From the NCBI RefSeq assembly GCF_036321535.1, contig NC_087436.1, positions 10,912,001 to 10,976,000 on the forward strand: a stretch of DNA of 64,000 bases, read 5' to 3'. This DNA comes from Camelus dromedarius. Lineage: Eukaryota. The notes under the pieces were generated by a model. That model saw nothing but the letters and a program-made list of their open reading frames with translations, was not told the origin of the DNA and searched no databases. The position numbers and the translations under genes are program-made. Of the stretch, positions 1-12,752 are shown one piece after another (within the stretch, counting starts at the first letter, position 1; each line of letters opens with the position of its first letter).

Positions 1-1267
1 ATAATAATAAAAATCATTCATAATGTTCTTAATAGTAATTATGTAAATAAGATCGGGTATTTATAGAAAAGCATTTTTAACAATAACAGGAATTCCGTCA
101 GGCCAACGATTTGATTGCTGCTGAGACAAAGTCGCATTACGGTTAAGAGCTAATCTGGCGAGTGTACAGCCCATGAACTCACACCCCCAGGTGTGAGGAG
201 CAGGCAGGGAAGGTCAGAGCTGAGACTCTGTTCTCACTAGTTCTGAACACGAGTTAAGCAGACCTAAGCATACAAGGCCCCGGCAACGTGAGGATACAGA
301 AAAGGAGTCCCCTAGGTATTGGGCTCAAGTAATAACGAGGCAAAAGGAATATTGGTATTGAATAGGTAGACTCATCGCCATAAAATAAAAATTCCCCATA
401 CTTTTAAAAAGCAAATATACTTCATGATTCTCTACAATCCATTGTCTTTTGAAGAGACAATAGATCTAAGTTGACTTGTTCACACACACTTAGTCTTTTA
501 AGACCACGTCTAATGGCGAGACCCAAAGGCCCTCTCCGCATCTCTGGAACCATGTGCAGTACTGAACAAGCCTGTCAAATGAAGATGTCCCCAAACCTGT
601 ATGTGTGTGTGTATGAACTTAAATATAGAGTCCGAGTACTTAGTTTTCTCACTTCAGAGATGTGTTGATGCGTCATTTTAAAAGATGCTTTAATCATGCA
701 GCACGTAGCGCCAGTACCTGGCACCAGGGTTAATAACTAGTTGAATAAATGAGTGAGGGAATGAATGCAGATTTACAAAGAGCTGCGTACATTCTAGTGA
801 CTTTCATACTGCCTAAATGAGTCCAGACCATCCTTCTTTCTGTGTCCTTAAGAAAATAATGTAAATAATGTAAATGGAAGTAAAATAATTTAATTCTTTA
901 AAGAGATTTCCAGGTTTTTATTTTTGCTTTTGTTTTAGGCTCATAAACCAGCATTCACATTTCTGGATGTTTTTAAGCTCATTTCGTCCTGGCATTCACA
1001 GCTGGGATTACCCCTCAGGGAGTGGGTGAGGGGGAGCTGGGTGCAGGGGAGCTTTGTTTATTTACTGACGTTTCCCCTCGAACTGAGTCCAGCCCCACCT
1101 CTGTGCCCAGCGTTTGTTGAATGAATAAATGAAAACCACATACATTGTGGGAAACAGCTTGATTTTGCACGAAGCTGAATGAAGAAGTGATGTGTTATAG
1201 GATTCATATTCTTTTCCTTTTCTTCCTTTCCTCTCCTCCTCTCCCCTTGCACTCAAGATTATAGAAC

Positions 1268-1527
1268 TTTGCTGTGGGCCCTTCCCTTCCTGCTCCTCCT
1301 GCTGTTCACCCTGGTGGTGTCGGGGTTTGGTGGGGGAGGTGGGAGCCCCAAGTCTCCTCCTTTATTGTTAGGAAACAAAGCAGCAACAAAATGGCATCAT
1401 GACTGTGAACAGCATTGTCACATGACTTATTTAAAGTGGTTTTTTTTTTTGTACCGTGTCCTCAAATTTAATGGATTAATGTGTCTTGTATATATGAAGA
1501 GAAAACATCGACCTTCAAAAAAAAAAA
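1268..1527 (+). pseudogene. Possible retrocopied mRNA 3'-UTR fragment (parent unknown)
   Basis: UTR-like sequence (GC-rich, then U-rich tttttgtacc...tgtatatat) ending in an A11 run at 1517-1527. No clean TSD and no coding part. Confidence 0.3.
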
Positions 1528-3487
1528 GAGGTTCTAGGAAACCCCTTTCGAATATGTTCATTTTTATTTAATCATTCACTTGGCATTGGCAGAGATTCCA
1601 CACCTCATTGCTCTGTGTCCTTCCAAACACAGCTGAGCGAGAACGGCCCCTGGTAACTTCCCAGCTGAGAACTGGCCTGCAGAACTGGGGCAGTGGAGAA
1701 CTGGGGAAGTGCTTTTCTTTGCCAGAAACAAGCGTCTCTTTTAGCAAAGAGGACAGATGTTGCTCTCAATCACCCCTCTTTTCCCAGGGCCCCCCTGAAC
1801 CTCCTGTGTCATGTTAATGAATGATGTGGAATTGATTTCCTTGGCCTGTTCTTAGCTATTTTTATTTCCTTTTCATTCATCACACTGATAAAAGACAGCT
1901 TATCCCATTTCCTAAAGTGGGTAAATTATTTAGTTCTTGTGTCTGCACTAGGCTGCTTTTTTTTTTTCTTAGAAGAATGGAAACATATTCCTAATCTTAG
2001 TCCCCAAAATGAAACATACGATGAAAGTCTTAACAGCTGTTGAACAGAGAACAGTGCTAAGGAAAATTGTTAATTATGAGTTCTGCAGTCACCGAGGAGT
2101 TTCTGTACTTTGTGGACATTAATTTGGAGATAGTAGGGTAAACCGGAAGCCAGAATCAATATGCTCAGAGGACCAAAATGAAAAGAATCTATTTTAGAGC
2201 TAATTAAAATGAATAGAAAATGTTTGCTCATGACATCTCACACAATGTATTCTATACACGTGTTTTGTCAGTACACAGCATTTAAGAAGTTAGCCTTATC
2301 CCTAATTCTATTAGACTCTAAAATTTTGTTTTTAAAAAGGAGAGCAGTTGAGATGAAATAATAAATTAAATCAAATGAGAGAGACTCGATCACTTGCCCG
2401 TGTTGGGGGCAGGGGCAGGGGACGTGAGGAATGGTAATCTGATATTCCTGAAATTTTCTAGGAGTAGGTAGAAGAGGGAGAGAGAAAAATGTAGACATTT
2501 TGCCCAATAATTGGCATCAAGAGAATTTGTTTGACTTTATTTGTAGAAGATCAGCCTTACATACATACAGCTTGCTCAGTAGTGAGACTGCACTTCAGGC
2601 CACGTTGATTCATAAACTGCCTTTACTTGGAGGGAATGGGGAGGAACGGGGAGTCCACACTGATCAGCTGCAATAAGAAATGAGGAAGAGAGGGATACTC
2701 CTCATTTAATTAAAATATTTACTTCTAAGAACAAGACTCTTCTACGTCCAATGTTGAAGTTGGGATTTGTCTAATTCCAACTTCTGAGTTTGATGGTGCT
2801 TCCATGATCTAGGGGGGCCCAAGACACAGATATATGACAGCTTGCCTATAAGGAGACATTGCTGTTCTCAGATCCTCACGAAGGAACCCAAATAGTAGAG
2901 AACATACCCTTCTGAGAAACACAGAGCCTGATCTGAGAGCCACGAAGCTCTAAACTCCACGGGGGTGAATAGCAAGATCACTGCCACGCAGAAATGAGAC
3001 TATGCTCAGAGAATGAACTGATAACAAGCAAGCATCATGAAACAAAGCAAAAATTTTTTTTAAATGAGACATGATTCTTACCTAAACATATATATATGAT
3101 CTCCTGGTCTGTAGGTGTATATGTGACCATGGAAGGGGAGGTTTGGTCAATTCATTCATACATTCAGACATTACTTATTGAGACGCTAATATATTCCATG
3201 CACTTTTCCAGATACTGAATGAAGATATCACCACAAAGAATACGCCAGACAAGCTCTCTGTCTTAGAGCATCTTTCACTCCAGTGAGGACAGTCAGTTTA
3301 TGACCAACAAACCTTTTGTATGGTAGGCAAAGCTTTTGTACACCTGAAGATCTTTGACCTGGAAATTGTACTGTTCCTGATGGTCCGGGTAGTACCAACG
3401 CACACAGAGCAGGGTGGAACATTGGGGGAGAAGGCGAAAACCCTCTCCCTGCCAGAGCTCTTGCATTCATTCTGGAGATCAATATGC

Positions 3488-3558
3488 AGTTAGTTACCAA
3501 CTAACCATACTTACTAACCAACTAGCCGTAGTTACCAACCAACTAACCAACTAACCTA
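3488..3558. repeat. Degenerate (AACTAACC)n simple repeat
   Basis: Repeated aactaacc/accaact units seen directly. Confidence 0.7.
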
Positions 3559-4106
3559 ATCTGCACTCTGCCAATTCACAAGTTTATGTTTAACTTTATG
3601 GTGTATCGTGTATGTCCTCTAAAAACAATACTGGTGACTTGAAAGAATTATCTGTACTTCTCAAAATGCAATAGACTATGACCTGTAAGAATATGTTCTG
3701 GTCCAACTCCTGAACAGAAGTAAAATTTGATGAAAGTCACAATGCCTCTGTATTTCCATTCTTTCTCATCTCTGACAGTATTATTAAAATAAAGCACAAA
3801 GTTAATAATATCAAACCATCAATCACTCAACATCTCCCAATTTTAAAGTACCCTTTTTCCACTAACAATCTTATTCAAACAACCAATCTTGATATAAGAA
3901 ATTCTGGTGGTATTTTTTTCTAGTATATCCTTTTCAGTGCACAGTATTTATTTTCCTGTGTTTGTCTGATATTAGAGGTTTCATACCCTTTTTATAGGAA
4001 TACATCTGAGATTAATGCAATTTTAGACAGTAAGGGTTTTCATAAGACTTCAAATACTCTATAATTTATGGAACTCAAATATCATAATCAGAGTCACTAT
4101 ACTTAC

Positions 4107-4136
4107 AGAGATGTTTTATCAGTACACAGTAGTTAC
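4107..4136 (-). other. Candidate 30-nt microexon
   Basis: Strong acceptor (TTTTATTTTACAG|, with an extended pyrimidine tract at about 4160-4190 on the minus strand) and donor TCT|GTAAGT. Confidence 0.4.
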
Positions 4137-4744
4137 CTGTAAAATAAAATTTAATATAAAGGAAGAAACAAGGAGGAAGGAGGAAAGAATATTTCTTTTG
4201 CATTTGAAGTGAACCAGTAAAGTCACATGTAATGATGCATTTCAAATGTATCATCTTGTGTTGCTCAAAAGGTTTCAAGAAATGTCAAACATACAGAAGA
4301 CAAGGTAACATGGTTGTAAAATAAATATTTGGATTTTGAAATACCAGAAACATCATAGCTGGGATTTCAAGTCTACCACTTGGGTCAACTAACCCTTGGT
4401 TTCTTTATTATAAAATTGGGATGACAGCACCTATTTCACAGAGCTGTGAGGATTAAATTATCATCTTTGTAATGCATTTAAAATCTATTAGTGTTCCATG
4501 ACAAGCACACACATATTTAAGCAAACATATATACACACATTTTCAATAATCCTAGAAAAGAAAAAGTTACTATTGTATTACCCTGAGACTTTAAATATCC
4601 AAACCGCCTCCCATGTGCAAAGAGGCTGTGTTTAAAAGTCACGTGAGTCAATCTAGTTTCATATAAAACCCAAGTACAGTAAGATATTGTCTCTCATCAT
4701 CAGAGAGAGGCAAATCTCATACCCTCCTACATACTTAAGCCGAC

Positions 4745-5242
4745 TGTGTTAGTTCCCTAATGCTGCTCCAAATACTTACCACAAATTTAGCAGCCCAAAA
4801 TAACCCAAATTTATTATCTTACAGTCGTGGAGGTGGGAAATCCAAACTCAGTTTCCCCAGGGGCTATAGCTGAGGGGTTATAGAGGCGGGGCTGGCTCAT
4901 TCTGGAGATTCTGAGGACAGAATCCGTTTCCTTGCCTTTTCAGCTTTGAGGGGCCGCCTCTATTCCTTGACTTGCTGCCTCTTCTTGCATCTTCCGAGCA
5001 CCTCGCTCCATTCTCTGCTTGTCAGTCATCACAACTCTGTCTCTGATTCCTCCATCTCCCTCTCATAAGACTGTTGCGATTACATTTGGCTGACCTATAT
5101 AGTCCAGGGTAGTATCTCCTCCTCGAGATCCTTAGTTTACTCACATCCACAACCTTTCTCTTGCCACATAAAGTAACACTCACTGGCTCCAGGAATTAGG
5201 AAATGGAGATTTGGGGGCAGGGAGCCATTATTCCATGGCCAC
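4745..5242 (-). mobile_element. MaLR solo LTR (MLT1D-like)
   Basis: Typical MLT1 ends: tgtgttagttccctaatgctgc...ccacaaattt...tttattatcttacag at one end and ccattattcc...ccaca at the other. Confidence 0.8.
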
Positions 5243-5292
5243 ACCCATGTAAGATGCATAAGAAATGTCAATTTAAAAAAAATGACAATGGA

Positions 5293-5439
5293 GGGGAGGA
5301 TATAGCTCAAGTGGTAGAGTGCATGCTTAGTATGCAAGAGGTCCTGGGTTCAATCCCTAGCACTTCCTCTAAAAATAAGTAAGTAAGTAAACCTAATTAA
5401 ATCCTCCCAAAAAAAACTAAAAAAGAAAAAAGAAATTGC
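5293..5439 (+). mobile_element. tRNA-Ala-derived camelid SINE (Vic-1-like)
   Basis: ggggaggatatagctcaagtggtagagtgcatgcttag...ggttcaatccc with Pol III A and B boxes and an A-rich tail. TSD aaatgacaatgga (5280-5292) / aaatgataatgga (5440-5452). Confidence 0.9.
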
Positions 5440-7639
5440 AAATGATAATGGAATAAAATACACTTAAGAAAATAATTCTGATTCTAGGTCAATTCATTTT
5501 CAATATGGGAGAAAGTCTGAATTTTGTAATGAAAGAGACATTGTAAAAATGAATGTTGAGTTATGATTTTATCATAAGTATTGAGGGTCAGTTGGTAAAT
5601 ATCTTGTGATTATAACGACTGGACTCAATGTTTTTCTGTCCTCCCCAAAATTGACAAAATAAGACCTCCGGCTATGTATTAAGTTTGTACAAAAAAGGTA
5701 TTTGAGAAACAATTTTTTCCCCCAAATCTCAGAAGGAAGAGGCAACATCCCTTTTCTGAAAGGGCTTATGGCCTCAGGAAGAGTTTCAGGTTCTCCCGCA
5801 GATTCTGTAAATTCCCAGTGCTCAGGGGACAGGGGGCAAGGTGAGACTCACAAGACAGAGAGGGAAAGACTGCAGAAATGATACACTGGCTGTATTTTCC
5901 TAATAAATAGAATAGGACTCACTCCCCAGGAAGGCACAAAAACCTCCCCACCACAACACTGAGATGACAATAGTCAGTCCACAGCTTATAACTAGAGCCC
6001 AAGATATGACTCAGAACAGACTGTGGAGCATCCTGTGCTGGGGAACATCTGCTCCTGGGACTGGGAGTCCGGGGGGAGGGGAGGCTTCGATGGGTGCCAG
6101 GAGCTCCTGGCATGACTACAAATGGGCAGAGGTCCTAAGTGGATATAGCCTCGAGATAGCCAACGGGACTGAGAGGCGTAGGGGCTGAGAAAGTCACTGG
6201 ACAAGTAACACGACATACGTGTACTCCTTTGCACTAGAGAAAGAATTAGAAGACAAAATAAACCTCGGCTTGGTTTAAGAAAAAACTGAGATCAGAAACA
6301 GAGCAGCAAGAATTTCAAAATGAGACGTACTAAACAGAATATTGAAATTAATGGGACAAAAATAAACGACATTTTCAACATGATTTTTGCTTTGGGGACA
6401 TAAAAAGAGTGCAAAGGAAGTGTCCGTGGAAAGGACTCCTGCTGAATGAGGATTGGAAGACCTGGCTAATTTAAGCAGTTTGTCATTTCAGCAGATATCG
6501 TCAAGGAAGGTAGTCAGTAAACACAATCATCTGGTTTTAAAGCACGTTGTAATTAGATTAATATTATTATTATCATCCTGAGAAAATTAAATCTAGCTAG
6601 GAAACCAAGTTCAGCATAGATTACGAAATAGAAAATACTTAGTAATATTTGTTGTTTTAAGAACTGGCTTTTTCTAAGTATTGATACTATTGGACATTCA
6701 GCAACTGGACCTTAAAAAAAAACAGAAATGTAAAAAGAAGCTCCAAATGTCATTTAATCTTTTTCCATGTACTTTTATAGCAAGAGCATTTTTCTTTAAA
6801 ATATTTGGAGGAAAATATGTTCGTGTCTGCTGGTATCGCAATCCATTTAAGAAAGGAGTTTAACTACTCTACAAAAGCTGACCTTAAATAACAAAGGTTT
6901 TTGTTTTCTTCTGGGGATTCAGAGTGAACACTGTGAGAGCAGTAGGTGTATTTAAAAGGAAGACAATTTCATTCCTTTGAACCCGCTGCTGCAGAACATT
7001 TGGAAGACAGGGTCATCTGCATCCCGCCTTTAAGCATTCTGTTAACTCCAGCGATGTGTGTCGGTGTGTGTGCTCACTTCTCAGAGTCAGTGCTCTACTC
7101 AAGAAGTGACGTCTCGGGAGGAATTCACTCTTTCCCTCATTTGCTGACTGTTTAAATCTTGCCGGATGCATTTAAAAGCTCTAATCGAACTTCAGCAGGT
7201 CTGAAGCAAAACCCTTCAATCAAGCTACTCTTTCTGCTACACACCAAGGCAGGTCCCCTAGCCGCTGCTTCTGTAGAGAAGAAACATTTTCTAAAGGGTA
7301 CGATGCCCCGCTAGACTCATCAAAGTCCTTACTCCTGGTGCACTGTGAGTAAATCACGGAAGCCCGCAGTTCGGATTCCACGCACAGTGAATGTACAGTT
7401 TAGCCAACTGCACTCACAACAGAAAATTCAAATTATTTATGCTGCAATTTCAACGTACTAGCCGCACTTGAAATAAATAAGGCACCCTCTAGAGCTTCAT
7501 CTTTCTTCTTACAGTGAGTTTTTTGCTGTAACAATGTCTATTTTTTTAAAAAAAATAGTTGCACAAGTATAAATGATGCTACGCCAAGCGCTTACATTGT
7601 AGCTACCACCTGTAAGTCCATCTTCCTGGGAGACACAGG

Positions 7640-7770
7640 CTGCTGGGAAAATGTCAGATGGTGGAGGTTCTCACTCCAAATGTCAGAATCCCTGGGAGGG
7701 GAGCCCAGAGATCTGGAGCTTGAGCAGTTCTCCGGGTGCTTATGATTCACACCAAAATTGAGCACCATGG
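7640..7770. mobile_element. hAT-Charlie MER5-like DNA transposon fragment
   Basis: tcagaatccctgggaggggagcccagagatctg...gattcacaccaaaattgagcaccatg resembles the MER5A end. Confidence 0.55.
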
Positions 7771-8305
7771 ACATAGATTTTTTTTTAAATTAAACGTGGC
7801 ATTATTGCAGAAAGTGTTATATTTTAGCACCCAGTGTAAGCAGGGCCCCCAGGACCAGCCACACCAGCATGCTGGGCAGTTACCAGGTCCCTATGGCAGC
7901 AACGTCTGCCCCAGCCCAACCCATTAATGGTCCCAGGTAGTCATTCACGGGAGCATCACAATGGAGACTTCGAGATCCCGCAGAGCCCCTGGCTCTCCTC
8001 CCACTGGCTTTACCTTACAAGATAAAAGCCACCTGCTTTATCTGATGGGGAAAACAATCTGTTTTTTCCCAAGTTTTGCACTTTGTTTAAGACGGCAGGT
8101 GGCCACTTGAGGTACTTCCGGGGGCAGAATGACTTCTCATACGTCTGGCCCCCTGCTGAGTGAGAATGGGCATTATTAGTCTCTAGAGAATCTGTAAAAA
8201 CATTTCTGGTATTTGCAGATCTATCCGTCTCTATTATTTCTCACTTTAAAATGGTTTCAGGGAGAAGGCTTGAAAGAAAAATAGGACAAAATAGAATGCC
8301 TGGGG

Positions 8306-8827
8306 TATTGGAGGAGGAGGGAAGGGGGCAGGGTACCACCTTTAAAAGAATGACACAGCCATTGAGGATACAACAAAAACAGGTTAGAACCTACTAGGTC
8401 CCAAGATGGCGGCAGATGCAACTTCCAGTACACCCTGAGCCTCATTATAGGCTCACTGTAACACATTACAATGCTAACTGACACACCCACAGGCACCAGG
8501 ACAGTTCTCAGGTTGACATAAAAGGTCAAAAAGTGGGAGGGGTCCAAATCTGGGAAAGCCCTGCCCCTTCCCCAAAACAATGGGCATAATCTTCCCAATT
8601 GTTAGCATATGAAATTATCCAGCCCCATAAAAACTAACCATCCCCACACCCCAGGGCCACTCTCCCTTCTGAGACGGACTGAATTCTGCCCACGGAATGT
8701 GCATCTCTCTAAATAAACTTGCTTTCACTTAGCTATGGCTCCGTCTTGAATTCTTCCCTGCACAAGGCAAGAACCTACTCTGTGCTAACCGTATGGTCAC
8801 GGTGTGTGTTCTACTCAGACAGGAACA
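8306..8827 (+). mobile_element. ERV1-class solo LTR (Laurasiatherian type); 3' end approximate
   Basis: ggaagggggcagggtaccacctttaaaagaatgacacagcc start, YY1 site caagatggcggc at 8402-8413, TATA-like cataaaaa and aataaa near 8712. Homologous to 11312-11824. Confidence 0.8.
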
Positions 8828-9077
8828 GGCTGTATTCTAACACTGTCCTATAAAGCTGTGGCTCATTAGGTAAGCATCCCCCATAGAGTTGATTCAATAT
8901 AAGATTTCTCAGCTCCACCCAAAGAGTGCATTTGATAGCCCTTCTAGAAGTTTCTCTGTGGATGTGCTTTGAGAAATGTCAAAGAAAATGGCCCTCGGCT
9001 CTGTCCTGCCTGCTATGGGCACCAGAATTTCAATTGTAATGATCATTTTCACATACTCTTTTATAATGATAGCAAAA

Positions 9078-9103
9078 ATAATAATAATAATAATAATAAT
9101 AAT
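9078..9103. repeat. (AAT)n microsatellite
   Basis: Direct inspection. Confidence 0.9.
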
Positions 9104-11010
9104 GCTAGCTCTAAATTTTACAGAAACAGAAATAGTGACGAATACCTGAACCAACAACTGGTAGTAAACATATATATATGAGTTGTTGACAAACTAGTTA
9201 ACTTAAGCAAATGACAGGCAATGGTGCTGGTCCTAATGATCGTTCATTCACATAAAGGACACTTGGCTAAACACAGCTCAGGCATCTCAGGCCTGACTAT
9301 ACCCTCTTTCTCCTCTGACATTTTATTGGCTAATTCTCTTCTCTTTCCTACAGTGTTCCACACTTGTTTTTCAAAATAGCTATTTCCCTATACTTCCAAA
9401 CCTCCGGTATCCATTACGAGACTTCTTCTTCTCTTCATTTACAGTTAAAAGTTCCAATCAAGTTAAATTCTTCATCAGCCACCATCCTCCATTCATTCCT
9501 CCCAGTTTGCTCTTACATGGGTCAGTACAATATAAACCCATAAGCAGATCTGTGTCCCTCCAGGAGGGATGCTATAAAGTACCTGCAGTATTTACTGCAA
9601 CTCCTGCTTGTCTGAAAACAGACTCAGTTTTCCTCCCTCTCATGAGCTCTGGCCCTGTGATCACTCTCTTGTTTCTACTAAGATACAACTGACGTAGAAC
9701 ATAATGTTAGTTTCAAGTGCACAACATGTACAACATGATGATTCAATATTTGTACACTGTTCTCTAATTTTTGTAGACATTCATGCCACTGAGAGCTCTG
9801 CCTGTATTTCACTACAACTACAGGAAGCTGGTTTGGGTGGGAAGAGGTGAATATACTAGAATGAACCCTTCACCATGAGAATTTACTAATCAAACACTAA
9901 CTCGTGTCATGCATTTCTGAGGTTTTCTTTGAAACACGTACAATTTCAAAAGGCAACTTACTGAAGCAGACCTTTGCCTTTGATGGTAAGAATTTTTGGA
10001 ATGGATTCTGAAATCACATATGTAACACTGTACTGTAATGACCATAGCACATGTAGTCCAGTTTCACTTACAAAAATGAACATCAACAATTCTAACCATG
10101 TATCTTTACCTAGTTGGCCCAAAAGTGTTAACATAAATCCAGGGTGTCTGGGGCACAGTACAATTCACGGGTACATTAAGCATTTGTAGAATTCTAAGGT
10201 TGGCTCTTCATGTTTTCCCCCTCAGTAAGCATCAGAGGATTTTATCACCAAATATGAAGTTTAAATTTAAGTATGCCTCAGGTGGAGAAGTAAAAGACAA
10301 AGCAGATGAACAAATAAACAACTTACTTCTAAGGAACAATGAATAATATCTAAAGTTTATGGACAGTTACGTGTGTAATACACAGATACACATACTTTAA
10401 AACAGGTAATCCTTCAAACACGTGTGAACAATTCTATTTTGTTTTAAAACAACCAAATCTTTATTTTCTGAACTACTGGAGGAAAACAGTGGTGTATTCT
10501 GCATCAGAAGGATTTACATGAAAAACAATTATTTTGGTTAGTGCAAATGTCAGGGGAACATGAGTCTAGGGGGCATATGATTTATGTGGATGATGGTCAA
10601 AGCCACACGGGAGACACAGGAAGCTGTGCCTCCACCAGTGGGCTGTACCAAAGTGTACAGACACACAGACACCTAAGACTACCTGGATTGGAAAACAGGC
10701 ACATGTTACTACCCAGAGGAAGCCAGGGATGTTCTTTTGCAACACAAAGTAATAGCCAAAACAGCTGACGTTCAGATGGTATGCTTCTGTCACTACATAT
10801 AATTCAAATAGTTATTTCTGAGTTATCAAAGGCTAGTTGCTTAAGACAGGTGCAGATACTATCAGAGATATAAAAGGGCAGGGAGTCTGTGTAATAAAAT
10901 TTAACACAGTTTAGTGAGCAAGAGGGACATAAACTAGAATGGTATCACCTACAAATAGGCGTCCCCTCTGTTCCAATTCTCATTTTGATATTTTCTTTTC
11001 TTTTACTTAC

Positions 11011-11067
11011 AATCCTACCAGACTGCCTCATTTTTTCCTCCAATTGTTTTTCTGGAAGCATGTGTTT
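11011..11067 (-). other. Candidate 57-nt internal exon
   Basis: Acceptor TATATTTTACAG| and donor ATT|GTAAGT in non-repeat sequence; phase-0 frame open (KHMLPEKQLEEKMRQSGRI). Confidence 0.35.
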
Positions 11068-11311
11068 CTGTAAAATATAATTGCTAGAGTCATTCTTCAC
11101 AACAACAGAAACATCACAGATGAGGGTACAGAGACTCTTGCTGCAGACATCGCCATAGTCCCTCACAATCCCGTGCTCCAGGAGGTGGAAGACTCATTAA
11201 TAGTAAATCCCACACGAAGACAATTTAGTATACTCAAGACATGCATGTGTTCCATTCTGTTTAACTTACATGTGGCAAACTTTTACATAACCAATAAACT
11301 GTATGAGAAAA

Positions 11312-11824
11312 TGACACAGGAAGGAAGGGGGCAGGGCACCACCAAAGGAATGACACAGCCATGAGGACAGGACACACTGGTTAGAACCAAGATGGCTGAA
11401 GATTCAACTTCCAGAAGCCCTTGAGCTTCATGCCACACCCACAGCACCATGACAGCGCCTAGGCTGACCATAAAAGGTCAAAAGGGTGTGGGGTCCAATT
11501 CCTGGAAATCCCCACGCCTTCCCCCAAATAGTTGGGATAATCCTCCTACTCATTAGCATATGAAATTACTCAGCCCACAGAAACTAACAACCCCATGCCT
11601 TGTGGTCACTCTCTCTGGAATTCTGAGACCACCTGCACTCTAGGGAGCATGGACCTACTTTGACTTTACTAAACACCTCACACCTCTCAGTCTCTCTGTT
11701 GCCTTTTGAGATGGCCCACATTCTGTCTATGGCGCGTGTATGTCCCTGAATAAACTTACTTCCACCTTACTGTGCCTTGCAGTTGAATTCTTTCCTGCAT
11801 GAGATGAGTTGTTCTCTGGCAACA
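11312..11824 (+). mobile_element. ERV1-class solo LTR, same broad family as 8306-8827
   Basis: TG...CA ends (tgacac...gcaaca), flanked by direct repeat agaaaa (11306-11311 / 11825-11830), with aataaa near 11749. Confidence 0.85.
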
Positions 11825-12194
11825 AGAAAATATTTCCAGATAATGTAAAATAAAAAATTTACTAAATATAGATAGAATCTGAGAAGAAATGAGGGCACAA
11901 ACCAGGTATATGTAAGACAGGTCAGTTTTCTTTCCCCTGAGAAGTGAGAAAAACATGAATATTGAATATTTGACAAACAGTCTAAAGCAAACAGAAACAA
12001 CTTCTTATCTTTGAAAGAGGATTCCAGGTTCCTAAAACAAACACTGGCGAACCTTGTGTAGCCGGCAATGTAAGAGCAGGTGGTGGGTAAGTGGGTAATG
12101 CCAGTGGCTAAAAGAGGTTCACGGGACCTCAATGGTGGAGAAGCCGGCAAAGTCGGACCCCGGGGCATGAAACTTGAGAAAGAAAGAACAAAAG

Positions 12195-12752
12195 TGAAAT
12201 GGAGCAGGACCCTGCAGGGCCCTCCCAGGTGCAAATACTTTCTGTGTCTCCCATTTCTGTTTGTAGGAAACAGGCTTCATTCAGCCCCTTTGACCTTCCC
12301 TGAGATCTAAAGGGCAGATTCAAACAGTTGCTCATCAAGGAAGGGAGGGCATGCCAAAACAAAGGAGGAACGGTCAAGAAACAATAGTGCTTTGGGGCAG
12401 GGTCCTGGTTCCTTCTGAAGGAATATGCTTAACAATATCTTTGAGTTCTGCAGGAACCAAGGCCCCCACCCAGGTGGAGGATGGTGATTTCAGGCTGAGC
12501 ACAAGATTCCTGGAGCACTGCCGTGACCTCACCACCAGCAATCAGAAGAAAGCCACACACCCTGCAGCCGTCACCCCAAATTTTGCCCATAAAAACCTCC
12601 CCGAAACCATCAGGGAGTTCAGGTCTTTTGAGCATGGGCTACGCATTCTCCTTGTTTGGTCCTGCAATAAACCTTTCTCTGCTCCATACTCCAGCGTTTT
12701 GGTTTGTTTGGCCTCACTGTGTGTCAGGCATGCAAACTGGCCATCAGTAACA
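12195..12752 (+). mobile_element. ERV1 solo LTR (MER41-like artiodactyl type)
   Basis: tgaaatggagcagg...cagtaaca ends, 4-bp TSD aaag/aaag, cataaaaa TATA-like box and caataaacctttctctgctcc polyA region. Confidence 0.85.

Noticed and set aside
3488..3558. CRISPR-like or telomere-like array
   Set aside because: It is a short degenerate simple repeat with no unique spacers and is not TTAGGG.
5293..5366. tRNA-Ala gene (also at 14414, 21668 and 60111)
   Set aside because: Mutated stems, A-rich tails and TSDs show these are SINE retrocopies.
8306..11824. Two similar LTRs as the 5' and 3' LTRs of one provirus
   Set aside because: They differ by large indels, the second has its own flanking direct repeat, and the 2.5 kb between them shows no PBS or gag/pol/env, only L2/L1 fragments and unique DNA.
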